From: an uncultured delta proteobacterium
GTDB lineage: Bacteria; Desulfobacterota; Desulfobacteria; Desulfobacterales; JAFDCJ01
DNA: 64,000 nucleotides
Assembly (NCBI GenBank): GCA_963769935.1
Contig: CAVYNY010000015.1
Coordinates: 1-64,000 of the forward strand
Reading direction: 5' to 3'
Shown here: piece after piece, positions 1 through 11,312 of the stretch
Numbering within the stretch: position 1 is the first letter of the stretch
How the letters are laid out: every line of letters begins with the position of its first letter
Translations under genes and position numbers: made by a program
Notes under the pieces: generated by a model
Database searches by the model: none
The model's input: the letters and a program-made list of their open reading frames with translations, nothing else
Told to the model about the DNA's origin: nothing

Positions 1-62
1 ATTCGCTTAAAATGAATTATCTTTTCTCGCAACAATTGGGGAGCTAAGGATTCGGATTGATC

Positions 63-423
63 ATGAGAATACTGGTCGCAGAAGACAATCAGGACGCTCT
101 GTTCGTTCTTTTGGATGCTCTCAAGGAAATTGGGGGGTTCAACCATCGACTCGACGGCGAATGGCTCGGGCGCTTTCGAGATGTGTCTCAAGGCCGAATC
201 AATGGGCCAAGGCTATGATCTTGTTATTTCAGATTGGAATATGCCAAATGGCAGTGGTCTCGACTTACTGAAAAGAATGCGCCTCAATTCGCGTTTGGAT
301 AAGATTTGCTTCATCATGCTCACCAATTTTGCTGACCGTATTCATGTTCAAGCCACTCTTCCGTATAAAATTGATGGATTTCTCGTTAAGCCACTGGATA
401 AATGGTTCTGGTCAAGAAATTAA
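63..423 (+). CDS. Single-domain response regulator receiver (CheY-like), frameshifted near 130
   Basis: ATG at 63 gives MRILVAEDNQD; ORF 115..423 continues with YDLVISDWNMPNGSG and FLVKP receiver motifs. Confidence 0.8.
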
Positions 424-445
424 AGGAAGTGGAAGAAAAGCGAAA

Positions 446-2195
446 TCAGATCAAAGAAAGGGCCGAGGTCGACCATCGTGACACGTCATAACGAGTGCTT
501 TGTCTGACTTCGTGGTCCGAAACTTGAGGGTCCTTTCCGGGCTCAAAGCGGGAGAGCTCAGAAGAAGTAGCGGGAAGACTCCAAAGAGCTCCCTGGCCTC
601 TCTTGACACCGAGATCACAAAGCGTCATAAGATCACTCGGCGTTTCAATTCCTTCTGCCACGACCTCAATTTTTAAGTTCTGGAGGATATGAAGAAGGCG
701 CGTTAAGGAGCAAATTTGTTTTTGGTCTACCGACACCTTGGAAATGACGGTGCGATCAAGCTTCACGAGGTCTGGCTCAAGTAAGATAAGCGTCTCGAGA
801 GACCCCTGGCGAAAACCCATCTATCGATGGCGATTTTATCCCGCCGCCTTCAACGTCGTCACAGGTCCTAGCAAACGAAGGATCTCCAATAATACGCTGC
901 TCACTTAGTTCAATGCAGCACTTCCCATTGAGAACTCTTTCGGAATCATTTCGAGAATTTCCTTCGCGCCGATTTCCTTCAGTGTTGAGGGAAGGAGATT
1001 GAAGTGAACCTCCCCTAAAAAGTTTTCCTTGAGAGCATGGGCAATTCCATTTTTCAAAGCCCGAATATCGATATGCGTTGAATTCTCGCCTCGGCACTGA
1101 TGTGAAAGAAATCTTCTGGCATGGTAAAAGGCTCAAACATGGAACGCGTAAGAATCTCGTAGGCGACGGGCTGGCCCCGATCGAGATCCATAGAATAGGG
1201 TCGAACATCGTGACGAGACCTTCGCCCCGTCTAAAACTTTCGATGATATGAGCCAACGAGTTTTCATTCTTTGGAGCCGACGGAGAATTTTTCCACTGAT
1301 AGGTGACTTCGTTTTTTTCAGCGTCTTTACTTTTATAAAGTACGAGGTGGTTTTGGTTTAAAAGATCTTCGATGGTGGCCTTTCCTGTAGACGTGTTCAC
1401 CATCCCTAAAGACACACTGACAAAAATCTGACGCCCCGAGACGTGAAAGGGCTTTTCGGAAACGGCATCGCGTATCCGTTCGGCGACGAGTGTTCCTTCC
1501 GACATTCGTGTGTCTGGGAGTAAGATCATGAATTCGTCTCCACCAATGCGACCCGCATGGTCGGTGGCACGAAGCGAGCGCACGACCCGTTGAGTCACAG
1601 CTTTAAGAATCTTATCTCCGCCATCGCGACCGATATCATCATTGACGTGCTTAAAGTCGTCGAGATCCATAAAGAGGCTAAAAGATTAGATCCTTCGCGA
1701 CGAACCCAAAGAGCTTCGAGAGAGCACTTCTTGAAGTCCTCTTCGATTGAGTAAATTCGTCAACGGATCTCGAATGACAAGTTCTTCAAGCTGTCCTTTG
1801 GCATTTTGAAGGCTGAAGGTTAGCGCTTCGAGTTCTCGTTCTCTTGCTTTTCGACAATCTTGCTCCTGTTTGAGGTTCGACACGGAACGTATGCGAGAAA
1901 TAAATTCAATTTTATCAACGGGCTTACGAATAAAATCGGCGGCCTCTGCGGCGAAGGATGATAAGAGATTTTTAGAATCCCCTTCCGCCGTCACCATGAT
2001 GACCGGAATATCTTCAAGCACCTTATTTGCTTTTATTTCCCGAAGGGCCGAGAGCCCATCCACGTCTGGCATATTAAGATCCATTAAGATGACGTCGATC
2101 GGAGGCTTATCATGGCGATCTGCTTCTAATAGAATCTGAAAAGCATCTTTCGCTGAGGTCGCCAGAATGGGCTTTGGGTAACCCCTTGAGGTTAA
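446..2195 (-). CDS. REC-GGDEF-EAL diguanylate cyclase/phosphodiesterase, 5'-truncated and split by frameshifts
   Basis: ORF 1686..2204 has a receiver (ILMDLNMPDVDG, FIRKP) plus DPLTNLLNRR; ORF 777..1670 has DLDDFK and IGGDEF; ORF 446..820 has EAL motifs VKLDR, VAEGIET, GQG. Confidence 0.85.
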
Positions 2196-2376
2196 CCGCC
2201 GCACCGATGCGGGCCTGCGCTAAACCCGTGCCGAGGGCGCTCAGCCCTACAGCCAGGCCCATGCCCACGGCGATCAAACCCTTGCTTGAATTGCCGTCCG
2301 CCGCGACGGCCGGCCCACTGAACGCCAACATGCACAGCAACAAGTACACTGAAAGGAACAACACCTTGATTTTCAT
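2196..2376 (-). CDS. atpK: V/A-type ATPase proteolipid subunit K/L (c), 3'-truncated
   Basis: Signal-like N-terminus then GLIAVGMGLAVGLSALGTGLAQARIGAA; the second helix carrying the ion-binding Glu is missing. Confidence 0.85.
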
Positions 2377-2422
2377 TACATTTCCTCCTTAAAAGTCCGA
2401 TATCCGAGTTTCCCGACGCCCT

Positions 2423-4397
2423 TTATGACGAAGAATTGCAGATCAACTGAAAAGGGCGATATGGTCTGCCGCTGACCGTATAGAAATCAAACTTGGTAAA
2501 AAACTCGACCCAAATAAGACGAATAGGCTGCAGAAAGTGGCTCACTGTGAGCAGTACGATGAGCAATGCATGCAGCACAAGGCCCATCAGCAGTCCCGCA
2601 AGCATACCGATCATCATACCGGCGCTCCCCAGCAGGTGGTAGAGCGAAAAGCCCAACTCGGTCGCCAGGTTTGCAAGAATGGCCGAGGCCAGACCTACGG
2701 CGTAAATACGAATGTAGCTCATGATGTGGCCCCCCTGGGTCGGCAACTCCGCCAGCATCAGCGGGGCTCCGGCCAGCAGCAGACCGAACAGAAAGACGGC
2801 CGCACCGGCGACCATCGGAACCACGAGCCACCAACGGAAGTCCTTGGCCATAAATGCGCAGGCGAACAGGATCAGGGCGGCAACGCCGCCGAAGTAGCCG
2901 CAGGCCTCCCAGAAGTGGATCTTCTCAGCGCAGCGGTGTGTCCGCGCAGCCTTGAGATAAAAGCCGTACAGCACCTGATACACACCGAAACCGATGGAAA
3001 GCAGAATTAAGCCGTTGGCGGTGGCAACCGTATTGGTGCGCGGAATCAGCAGCGGGATCCAGCCGGGATGGCGTGTCGTCAAAATGCCGAGCCGCTGGAG
3101 GAGGTCGCCGAAGAACTCCCCGTAAAGCAGACCCCAGAGCATCGTCCATAAAATCATCGGTTTCGCGGCGCGCACCACCTGGGCCAACTGAGCCGGTGCA
3201 AGCCGCATTTTAAAAAAATCCACCGTCAACGCTCGATTGCGCCTGACATATCCTGATAGGTACCAGGAAAGCCCGGCAAATACGGCGCCATACCCGATGT
3301 CTCCCACAATCATACCGAACCACAGCGGAAAGAAGACGGCCCGACCCACGTGGGATCCCAGCTGTCGTAGCGCGGTGTGTTCAGGAAAGAAATCAAGGGC
3401 TCGAAGGGTCTGATCCAGGCGGGGTTCTCCAGCAAAACCGGGACCCGCTCGGCTTCGCCTATTGCCCCGGCCGGTTCAAATACATAGTGTATCAGGGGTT
3501 CGAATCGACCCATTACCTCCAGCACCCGGCGCTCCAGGCGCACCGGGACCCAGCCGAACAGCGCGAAGCCGTACCGGGCCGCAGCCATATCCTTCAGGGC
3601 AAGGAGGCAGGCGGATTCGTCCTGGGCGCGATTCCATAAACTTTTGAGCAGCTGACCCGAATTTATCAGATCGCGGCGCATCTTGTCCTCCGAGGAGGCC
3701 AAGGCTTCCGGAACCCGCCGCGCACGCTCCGCAAGCTGCTCGGCCATTGCTCTCAAGCTCAGGTGGGCATATTTTTCAGGACGGGGAAGTTCTCCAGTCC
3801 CTGGCGGCTCAGGATCCCCTTGGCATCCTCGGCATCGCGCTTGAGCACGAGGATTACAACGGCGATGATGCCGTTTGCGCGTCCATGGGCCATCAGAAAA
3901 CGGTCATCGAGCTCTGATGCCAGCTCTTGCGCCAGCGGTGAAAGATCTGCGGCGCTTTCCACCAGAAAAGGCAGGACCGCAAGCCAGGGGCTCTCGTCAA
4001 GACCCTGCACGATTTCCGCCAGGAGTTCTGCAACCGCCCCGTACTGTTCAATCAACTCCAGTTCTTCCCTAAGACGCTCCTGTTCATTTGCCAGAGCGGC
4101 GACCCGCTGTTCAACGGCTGATGCGGCGGCTTCAGCGCCCTCCATATCGCCTGCGAACGGTTTGGCGGACGGATCCGCCCGCAGTCCGAAAAGCCGCAGG
4201 CCATGGTCGGCCGAGGTTGCCACTGCGCTCCAGCGTTTCAGCCGACTTTCCTCTTCACGGCTGAGTTGGTATGGGTTGATCTCGTCGGTGCGCAGCGGAT
4301 CGATCTGCACGACCCCGACACGCTGGAGATGGTCAAGGATCGCGGGAGCAAGCCGTTTGGGACCGGCGATGATAAGCTTTTCCATCTCTGCGATCAC
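2423..4397 (-). CDS. atpI: V/A-type ATPase subunit I (a), split by two frameshifts (~3780, ~3345)
   Basis: Three consecutive ORFs with MIAEMEKLIIAGPK, GWVP, P-Y-DPT, FGMIVGDIGYG, HIMSYIRIYAVGLA and IRLIWVEFFTKF motifs. Confidence 0.9.
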
Positions 4398-4708
4398 GGC
4401 AGCACCTCTGAGAGAATGAACCTGACGGCGAGCTCGATGTTCGAATCCGCCTCACTGCAAATACGCTGCGCCTCTGCTTCGGCCCGCGCCTGCGCCTCCC
4501 CGGCAAGCTTTTCGCTCTCCTCGCTGATGCGGGCCTTCGATGCCGCCTCTAATTGACGGATTTGATTTTCCGCCTCATCCAGGATACGACGGGCCTTTTC
4601 CTGGGCGCCTGCGAGCCTGCGATCGGAGGATTGACGTGCCTCCTCGAGCTTTTTGACGAGTTCTCGATCAAGTTCAGCAAGATTTTTCACCAGTTCAATT
4701 CCCTGCAT
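4394..4708 (-). CDS. V/A-type ATPase peripheral stalk subunit G/H
   Basis: 104 aa Ala/Glu-rich coiled coil overlapping the atpI start; ends AVRFILSEVLP. Confidence 0.75.
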   Translation of the reverse strand: MQGIELVKNLAELDRELVKKLEEARQSSDRRLAGAQEKARRILDEAENQIRQLEAASKARISEESEKLAGEAQARAEAEAQRICSEADSNIELAVRFILSEVLP

Positions 4709-4725
4709 CGCTATCGCTCCCTCAA

Positions 4726-5628
4726 TTATTTAATGTTTTTCCACCCCATCCAAATGGGATGCCCCTCTTTGTCTCGGACATGCAATTCTTCATTGCCCTC
4801 CCCAATTTTTGTCGCAATCAAATAGGGGGTATCGTCCACTACGACCTTTGAACCGGTTACCGTAATCTTGTCGCCTCGATGTAACGTCCTTACTTGACTA
4901 ACAAAATAGCCGGTTGGACCCAAGGCCACCAAAACAGGTTTTTTCGCATCGGTGTAAACCATCAGCGTCATTTCCTCATAATATTCAATCTTCAATATTT
5001 CTCCGCTAATGGTTTCCATGGTCTTGGGATTAAACATTTTTCCGTAGGGGTCTCCCCAGATGCCGGGATAACCGCCGGCCGGGTAATTCGGATAACCGCC
5101 TCGGTAGCCGTGCTGCATTTCCTGCTTCGGAGACGCCGGCGGAGCGACAAGCATCTGATGATAGGGGGCGTGCTGCCGATAAAAGGCGTAAATCCCGGCC
5201 CGCCAAGTTTGATCGCCGATATCAGGCCATTTGTTCTTGTCGAAGCCCGGCGCTTTTGCCAGCTTGGCGCGGGACTGATCGAGGATGAATATGCCTTCGG
5301 CCGGAACGGCTGTCAGGGATTGCCACGGAACGGCAAAAAGCTTGTCGCCGAAACCCATAAATCCGCCGAATTCAAGCACCGCATAGACGATATTGCCGGT
5401 GTCGATGTCAATAACCAGATTATTAATGGTTCCGATATTTTTGCCCTCGAGATTGATCACCTTGGAACCGGTGATGTTATCGACGCGAAAGGCATCGATA
5501 TGTCCACTTTCCGGCACGTTGCCGACCGGACCGGCGGCCCCCTGGCCTGCATTCTGTTGGGCAAACACTCCCATCGCTGAAAGAAGTAAAACAATCGTCA
5601 AAAGGGCCACAAATTGATACTTCCTCAT
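4726..5628 (-). CDS. Secreted PRC-barrel protein with C-terminal OB-fold (MamS/MamX-like) domain, copy 1
   Basis: Signal peptide; PRC motif IG-I-NLVID-G-I-YAVLEFGGFMGFGDKLFAVPW; C-terminal ALGP-GY...GD-ITVTGS...RD-EG-P-W. Confidence 0.75.
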   Translation of the reverse strand: MRKYQFVALLTIVLLLSAMGVFAQQNAGQGAAGPVGNVPESGHIDAFRVDNITGSKVINLEGKNIGTINNLVIDIDTGNIVYAVLEFGGFMGFGDKLFAVPWQSLTAVPAEGIFILDQSRAKLAKAPGFDKNKWPDIGDQTWRAGIYAFYRQHAPYHQMLVAPPASPKQEMQHGYRGGYPNYPAGGYPGIWGDPYGKMFNPKTMETISGEILKIEYYEEMTLMVYTDAKKPVLVALGPTGYFVSQVRTLHRGDKITVTGSKVVVDDTPYLIATKIGEGNEELHVRDKEGHPIWMGWKNIK

Positions 5629-5739
5629 TATTGAATTCCTTTCTTAGTTGGGTGTCGATCTTTCTTTATTCTACTTCGCTTCTTTTGGAAGATTCGGAAG
5701 AAATAAAATTATAATTTAATCTCCTGCCGACAAAAATAT

Positions 5740-5758
5740 ATAGGGTATTTCCTGTATT
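5740..5758. promoter_or_regulatory. Motif 2 site (ATARGG-N6-CWGTATT) upstream of PRC/V-ATPase operon
   Basis: ATAGGGTATTTCCTGTATT; same pattern at 10941 and 14276. Confidence 0.45.
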
Positions 5759-6022
5759 TCTTAGCTGGATATTTTGTATTTTATCTGCTGTCGGCATTCG
5801 GCGGGTGACTGTCCCTGGGCCTAGACAATTCCGGTGCCATTTGGACGGGCCGGGAGGCGGCGATAGCCAATCCCTTTTGGCCTGGAAGAAATACTGTCTT
5901 CTAGACTTAAAGATAAGGGATCCAATGTATAGATTTTGGTTCTTCTTATTGGTACAAAACCGGCGCCGCATAAAATCTTTTTGGGTTCTCCGCCGCAGGC
6001 GGATCCCGGTTAGGATAGTCTC

Positions 6023-6613
6023 ATGAAATACGACCGTATTATCCGATGGCTGCACGCCGGCATCACCTTGGGAGTGAGTGTTCAGCTTTGCTCCAGCCTG
6101 TTTATGGACGTTCCCGCACCGGCACACCCCTTGGCAGGAACCGGCTACCAGGTTTTTTTAGTCCACCGCTGGTCGGGAGTATCTGTTGCAACCCTGGTCA
6201 TCCTCCACTGGTTTTGGGGATTGAGCGGCCATGTGACAGGTGGTTGGGGGCATTTATTTCCATGGTTTTCTGGACCACGGTTCCGGCATCTTATGTCCGA
6301 TATCAGGGATGTGCCAAAATGGCTGCAGGGCGCCTTCCCCAGCCAGCAGGCAGAAACGATACCCCTTGCCGGCGCCATCCACGGGCTGGGGCTGCTGGCG
6401 GTCTCGGCCATGGCCCTAAGCGGTACGATCATTTTCTTCCTTATGGGGCCCCATGGTTCCACGAGTCATCTGGTGGCCATCGTGAGACAGGGGCACTTCT
6501 ACATGGCGAAGGTCATGTGGGCTTATTTTTTGGGTCATGCCGGCATCGCCCTGCTCCACCAGTTACGCGGCGATCGGCTCATTACCAACATGTTTAGTCT
6601 GATTAGAAAGTAA
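6023..6613 (+). CDS. Cytochrome b561 / Ni-hydrogenase cytochrome b-type membrane protein
   Basis: Four hydrophobic segments with spaced His ligands (WLH, VHRWSG, IHG, GHF, GHAG). Confidence 0.8.
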   Translation: MKYDRIIRWLHAGITLGVSVQLCSSLFMDVPAPAHPLAGTGYQVFLVHRWSGVSVATLVILHWFWGLSGHVTGGWGHLFPWFSGPRFRHLMSDIRDVPKWLQGAFPSQQAETIPLAGAIHGLGLLAVSAMALSGTIIFFLMGPHGSTSHLVAIVRQGHFYMAKVMWAYFLGHAGIALLHQLRGDRLITNMFSLIRK

Positions 6614-6646
6614 AGAATCCTGGCCCGGAGGACCAGGTTTTCAAAG
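6610..6646. repeat. GTAAAGAATCCTGGCC hairpin repeat, copy 1
   Basis: gtaaagaatcctggcccggaggaccaggttttcaa; overlaps the TAA stop of the cytochrome b gene. Confidence 0.7.
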
Positions 6647-6766
6647 CTGGAATAACCGGCCTTTGTCTGCCGGCCGATGCCGCATGCCGGGCGACGGGCT
6701 GCCGCCCGTATCGCTGACAGCTCGCAGATCGAAATTTCGGCTGCGCAGGGAAGAGGCGGCAGCTGT

Positions 6767-9481
6767 TTAGCGAAAATCCCCGACGTATTCTCTCTCGATC
6801 AGTACCGGTGCTTTCTGCTGCAAGCGGTATTCACCGAACTGCTGAATCAGTTTGGCTACCAGGCCGGTCCAGCCCGTCTGATGGCTGGCACCCAGACCGG
6901 CGCCGTTGTCGCCGTGAAAATACTCATTGAAAAGAATAAGATCCCGCCAGTGGGGGTCGTTGTGAATCCTTTCCAAGCCCCCGTGAAACGGGCGCCGGCC
7001 GGAATCGTTTTTCAGGAATATCCGTATCAGCCGATTGGACAATTCAGTGGATACCTCCCACAGCGTCATTTGCCGGCCGGAGCCGACCGGGCATTCCACT
7101 TTGAAACTGTCTCCCAGATAATAATGAAATTTTTGCAGCGTCTCGATCAACAGAAAATTGATCGGAAACCAGATCGGACCGCGCCAGTTGGAGTTGCCGC
7201 CGAATAGGCCCGTAGTCGACTCCGCCGGTTCGTAATCGAGTGAAAAATGCCGGCCGCCCGCATCAAAGACGTAGGGGTGATCCGCATGCAGTTTAGACAT
7301 GGACCGAATCCCATAGGGACCCAGAAATTTTTTTTCATCCAACATGTTGCCCAGGATACACCGCAGCTTGTGCATATCAACGATGGACAGCAGCCTCCGG
7401 TCGCCGATCCCCTGTTTTTTCATATCCGCGGAGTCTTTGATCAAATCAGGCCGATTCCGGATGAACCATCCGAACCGACGCTTGAATTCGGGCAACGCCT
7501 CAAGAATAGCGGCATCTACGGTATCAACGGCAAAAAGAGGAATCAAACCGACCAGGGAATGAATTTTCAGGGCAGCGCATTCACCGTCGGGCAGATGAAT
7601 GACATCGAAATAAAGCCCGTCCGCTTCGTTCCATAAACCCTGCGCTGCAGTTCCGAGGCCGTTAATGGCAGCGGCAATATATATGAAATGTTCCAAGAAC
7701 TTGCAGGCGATGTCTTCGTAGCTCGGATTTTGCCCGGCCAGTTCCAGGGCAATGGCCAACATGTTCAGGCAGAACATACCCATCCAACTGGTGCCGTCCG
7801 CCTGCTCCAGGTAGCCGCCGGTGGGCAGGGGCGCGCTGCGATCGAATATACCGATGTTGTCAAGACCGAGGAAGCCGCCTTCAAAGACATTGTTGCCCTT
7901 CATATCCTTTCGATTGACCCACCAGGTAAAATTGAGGAGCAGTTTCTGAAAGACGCGCTCCAGAAAGATCTTGTCCTTGCGGCCATACATCTTCTCCTCG
8001 ATTTTGTATACCCGCCAGGCGGCCCAGGCGTGAACCGGTGGATTCACATCTCCGAAAGCCCACTCATAGGCCGGCAGCTGGCCGTTGGGATGCATATACC
8101 ATTCTCGGGTGAGTCGCAGCAGTTGCTGCTTGGCAAAATCAGGATCGATCATGGCCAGCGGGATGGTATGGAAGGCCAAATCCCAGGCTGCAAACCACGG
8201 ATATTCCCATTTGTCGGGTACAGAGAGAATGTCTTCGCTGTGAATATGCCTCCACTTGCCATTGCGACCCGATTGACGTTCCGCCGGCGGCGGCGGTCCG
8301 GCCGCATCGCCGTTGAGCCAATCGTACACCACATAATGATAGTATTGCTTATTCCACAACAACCCGGCAAATGCCTGTCTTTGGACCCGACGCAGGTCTT
8401 CGGTAAGGGGAAAAGGGCAGATGTGATCATAAAAAGCATCGGCCTCTGCCTTGCGCCGGGTAAATGTAGCTTCAAATTGCTCCCCGAAAGGCTCGCGCAG
8501 GTTTGCGGCCTCACTAAGGCGCAACCGAACGGTTTGGCTTTGGTCGGGTTCGATGCTCAGCGGATAATGGGCCATGGCTTTTGTGCCGGTTTTTTGGGGA
8601 TTGACGGATGCCTGACGACCATGAATAATATAATCGTGGATACCGTCCTTGCGGTAGGCATTCGTATTGGGGACGCCGAACAGCCGCTGACTGTTCGTCT
8701 CGTTTTCGACAAATAGGACTTCCATCGGGCCTTCACAATAAAGCCAGCGCCGGCCCAGCTGGGGATGGAAGGCTTCCAGGACGCTGATGCCTTCAGCGGC
8801 GCTGATGAATGCAAGGGAGGGTCGGGCGGCATCTGCTTCCCAGGACCAGGTGTTGCGAAACCAGAGCGTCGGCAAAAGATGCAGCCCGGCCTTCTCCGGT
8901 CCGCGATTGATGTTGGTTATTTTAATCAGGATATCTTCGGCGGAAACTTTGGCATATTCCACGAAAACGTCGAAATAGCGTCCCTCGTCAAATGCACCCG
9001 TATCCAGCAGTTCAAATTCAAAATCTTTTTGACCCCGGCGGCCGTTTTCCTGCACCAGCTGATTATAAGGATAGGCCTGCTGGGGGTATTTGTAGAGATA
9101 TTTCATATAGGCATGGCTGGGGACGTTGTCCAGATAAAAATAGTATTCCTTGACGTCCTCCCCGTGGTTGCCTTCCTTGCCGCTTAAACCGAATGCTCTT
9201 TCCTTCAGAATCGGATCCCGGCCGTTCCACAGTGCAACGGCGAAACAAAGCCGTTGATGGTTGTCGCAGATGCCGCCCAGACCGTCTTCGCCCCAGCGGT
9301 AGGCGCGCGAGCGGGCCTGGTCATGGGTGAAATATTCCCAGGCGGTTCCGTGCGGGCTGTAGTCCTCCCGCACCGTACCCCAATGGCGTTCACTTAAATA
9401 GGGGCCCCAGCGTCGCCAGTGCGACTTTTGGCTGCGGGCCTCCTCCAGCCGTTTTTCTTCTGCCGTCATTTTTCTACTCAC
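6767..9481 (-). CDS. GH63-like glucosidase (MGH1-like, alpha/alpha-6 barrel)
   Basis: [55 protein letters not shown]. Confidence 0.9.
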   Translation of the reverse strand: MSRKMTAEEKRLEEARSQKSHWRRWGPYLSERHWGTVREDYSPHGTAWEYFTHDQARSRAYRWGEDGLGGICDNHQRLCFAVALWNGRDPILKERAFGLSGKEGNHGEDVKEYYFYLDNVPSHAYMKYLYKYPQQAYPYNQLVQENGRRGQKDFEFELLDTGAFDEGRYFDVFVEYAKVSAEDILIKITNINRGPEKAGLHLLPTLWFRNTWSWEADAARPSLAFISAAEGISVLEAFHPQLGRRWLYCEGPMEVLFVENETNSQRLFGVPNTNAYRKDGIHDYIIHGRQASVNPQKTGTKAMAHYPLSIEPDQSQTVRLRLSEAANLREPFGEQFEATFTRRKAEADAFYDHICPFPLTEDLRRVQRQAFAGLLWNKQYYHYVVYDWLNGDAAGPPPPAERQSGRNGKWRHIHSEDILSVPDKWEYPWFAAWDLAFHTIPLAMIDPDFAKQQLLRLTREWYMHPNGQLPAYEWAFGDVNPPVHAWAAWRVYKIEEKMYGRKDKIFLERVFQKLLLNFTWWVNRKDMKGNNVFEGGFLGLDNIGIFDRSAPLPTGGYLEQADGTSWMGMFCLNMLAIALELAGQNPSYEDIACKFLEHFIYIAAAINGLGTAAQGLWNEADGLYFDVIHLPDGECAALKIHSLVGLIPLFAVDTVDAAILEALPEFKRRFGWFIRNRPDLIKDSADMKKQGIGDRRLLSIVDMHKLRCILGNMLDEKKFLGPYGIRSMSKLHADHPYVFDAGGRHFSLDYEPAESTTGLFGGNSNWRGPIWFPINFLLIETLQKFHYYLGDSFKVECPVGSGRQMTLWEVSTELSNRLIRIFLKNDSGRRPFHGGLERIHNDPHWRDLILFNEYFHGDNGAGLGASHQTGWTGLVAKLIQQFGEYRLQQKAPVLIEREYVGDFR

Positions 9482-9615
9482 AACAGCCTTTCACAGTTTC
9501 TGCCGGGAGGTTGACCTGAAGTTTTCTCACCCGTCTTGACCTGCGCTGGCCGACACTTCGCCGGAAATGCGGTATCGAGCGCACGGCTCGTTGCGCATTC
9601 GCCAATGGATCACGG

Positions 9616-9880
9616 TTAAATGCCCAAATTGCTCAGCATCGTCAGCATATTATTCATAACCAGCGTGAGATCAGGGTGCGTGGCCTCAAAATAATGGATA
9701 TCATCTTCAAGGTATCCGATGAGACGATCGTGATTTGCAGGATCAGAAGGCTTCTGCAGCTTGATATCAACATAGTTCAACAGTTTATCCAATTTCTCCC
9801 GCGAGATATCATCAAGGCGGCTCCATTTTGCGTATTTCCGCATCAAGATCCATTTTCAGCTTTTTTAGATTTTCATCCAT
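9616..9880 (-). CDS. DUF4404-family small protein, frameshift near 9820
   Basis: ATG at 9880 (MDENLKKLK); C-terminus FEATHPDLTLVMNNMLTMLSNLGI typical of the family. Confidence 0.65.
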
Positions 9881-9973
9881 CGTTTCAGTGTTGTTTCCCA
9901 TAAATAATTTATAAAACGCAATTTAGTTTGGCTATCCGGTCCAAATTTTCTACGGCATTTCTTGGACGCAACG

Positions 9974-10819
9974 CTAGCCGCCGGTTCGAAACCCGGGATA
10001 AAGCATCATCCCGCCGTCTACAAACAGGGTCGTCCCGGTTATGTAATCCGACTGGTCCGACGCCAGCCACACGGCCGCTCCGGCGACGTCGGCGGTCGAG
10101 CCGATGCGGTCATACGGAATCAGCTGCAGGAGCTTCTGTTCCGCCTCCGGCGTTTGCCAGGCGCTTTTATTGATGGGGGTCTTGATGGCGCCGGGGGCAA
10201 CTGAATTGACCCGAATATGGTAGGCGGCCAGTTCCTGGGCCATCGTTTGCATCAGCATCATCACCCCTCCCTTGGAGGCTGCATAATTGGCATGCCGCGC
10301 CCAGGGAATGGCCTGATGAACCGACGACATGCAAATAATCTTGCCTGCCGCCAGCGACAATTCGGGCACCACCCCCCGGCGAATAAACTCGCAGGCCGCC
10401 TCCCGGGCACACAGAAATTGCCCCGTGAGGTTGACGGATAATACGACGTTCCACTGCTCCAGGGTCATGTCCTGAAACGCCGCATCCCGCTGCAGCCCGG
10501 CGTTGTTGATCAGGATGTCGATGCTGCCGTATGTCGCAAACATTTTGCGGAACATGGCTTTTACCTGGTCCTCCCGGCTGACATCGGCCTGAATGGCCAT
10601 CGCTTTTCCGCCGGCGCTTTCGATATCTTTTACGACCTGATAGGCGTCCTTTTCATTTGAGACATAATTGACCACAACGGATGCCCCGGCCGCCGCCAGG
10701 CCTTTGGCGACTTGCTCACCGATGCCGCTGTTGGCGCCTGTCACCAGGGCACGCTGCCCGGCCAACATCCCGGCCTTTTCATTTGCTGCCGTATTCAATT
10801 TTTGCTTCTCTCCCTTCAA
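9974..10819 (-). CDS. Glucose 1-dehydrogenase-like SDR
   Basis: TGANSGIG, NNAG, SSVHQAIPW, YAASKGG, PGAIKTPIN. Confidence 0.85.
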   Translation of the reverse strand: MKGEKQKLNTAANEKAGMLAGQRALVTGANSGIGEQVAKGLAAAGASVVVNYVSNEKDAYQVVKDIESAGGKAMAIQADVSREDQVKAMFRKMFATYGSIDILINNAGLQRDAAFQDMTLEQWNVVLSVNLTGQFLCAREAACEFIRRGVVPELSLAAGKIICMSSVHQAIPWARHANYAASKGGVMMLMQTMAQELAAYHIRVNSVAPGAIKTPINKSAWQTPEAEQKLLQLIPYDRIGSTADVAGAAVWLASDQSDYITGTTLFVDGGMMLYPGFRTGG

Positions 10820-10940
10820 AAAATATCCATCTCGGCATCTTATAACTTCTATTCAGGGCCTGCCGGTCGCATCATTGTTCAAAATTTTCATGTTGGAATC
10901 TCTACAATACAGCTATTAGTATCGTTCTTTGAAGACCGCT

Positions 10941-10959
10941 ATAAGGTGGAGACTGTATT
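10941..10959. promoter_or_regulatory. Motif 2 site upstream of glucose dehydrogenase operon
   Basis: ATAAGGTGGAGACTGTATT. Confidence 0.4.
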
Positions 10960-11005
10960 TGGCCGCCCATGATTCCCTACTTTCAGGTCCTCAACATACG
11001 TATAA

Positions 11006-11124
11006 GTAAAGAATCCTGGCCCAGCTTCCGGCCCGTAGGGCTTACAGCGCGGAGGGAGGGTCAGGCTTTGACTTCACCCCAGCTTCCGGCTCGCAGAGCC
11101 TACAGCTCGGAGAGAGGGGTGGTG
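11006..11124. repeat. Hairpin repeat copy 2 with two 37-bp CAGCTTCCGG...GGAGRGAG mini-elements (11022-11058, 11080-11116)
   Basis: Direct comparison with copies at 6610, 18968 and 52609. Confidence 0.75.
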
Positions 11125-11159
11125 TTTGCCGAAAGATAATCCCTGGAATAATGGAATTG

Positions 11160-11306
11160 TGGAAAAACGGCCACCGGATCTGTGGGGGATATCAGGGCGA
11201 ACAGCATCAACCCGACGGTGCGCGGCAGCCGGAAATAGCGGCAATTGATAAAGCTGAAAACAGCCGAGAGGCTGATCAAGACCGAGATAATCGTCAGTAT
11301 ATCCAT
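11160..11306 (-). pseudogene. CPA1/NhaP Na+/H+ antiporter remnant
   Basis: NhaP-like N-terminus (FSFINCRYFRLPRTVGLML) fused directly to ALISPTDPVAV, then ends. Confidence 0.7.
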
Positions 11307-11312
11307 GTGTGT

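Noticed and set aside
4726..5628. Magnetosome island, from the MamS/MamX-like domain and DegP (MamE-like) proteases
   Set aside because: No CxxCH magnetochrome motifs in the proteases and no mamA/B/K/M/Q or feoB genes
7688..8716. Long antisense ORFs (here and e.g. 24375, 47117, 55864)
   Set aside because: Shadows of well-supported genes on the opposite strand in GC-rich DNA
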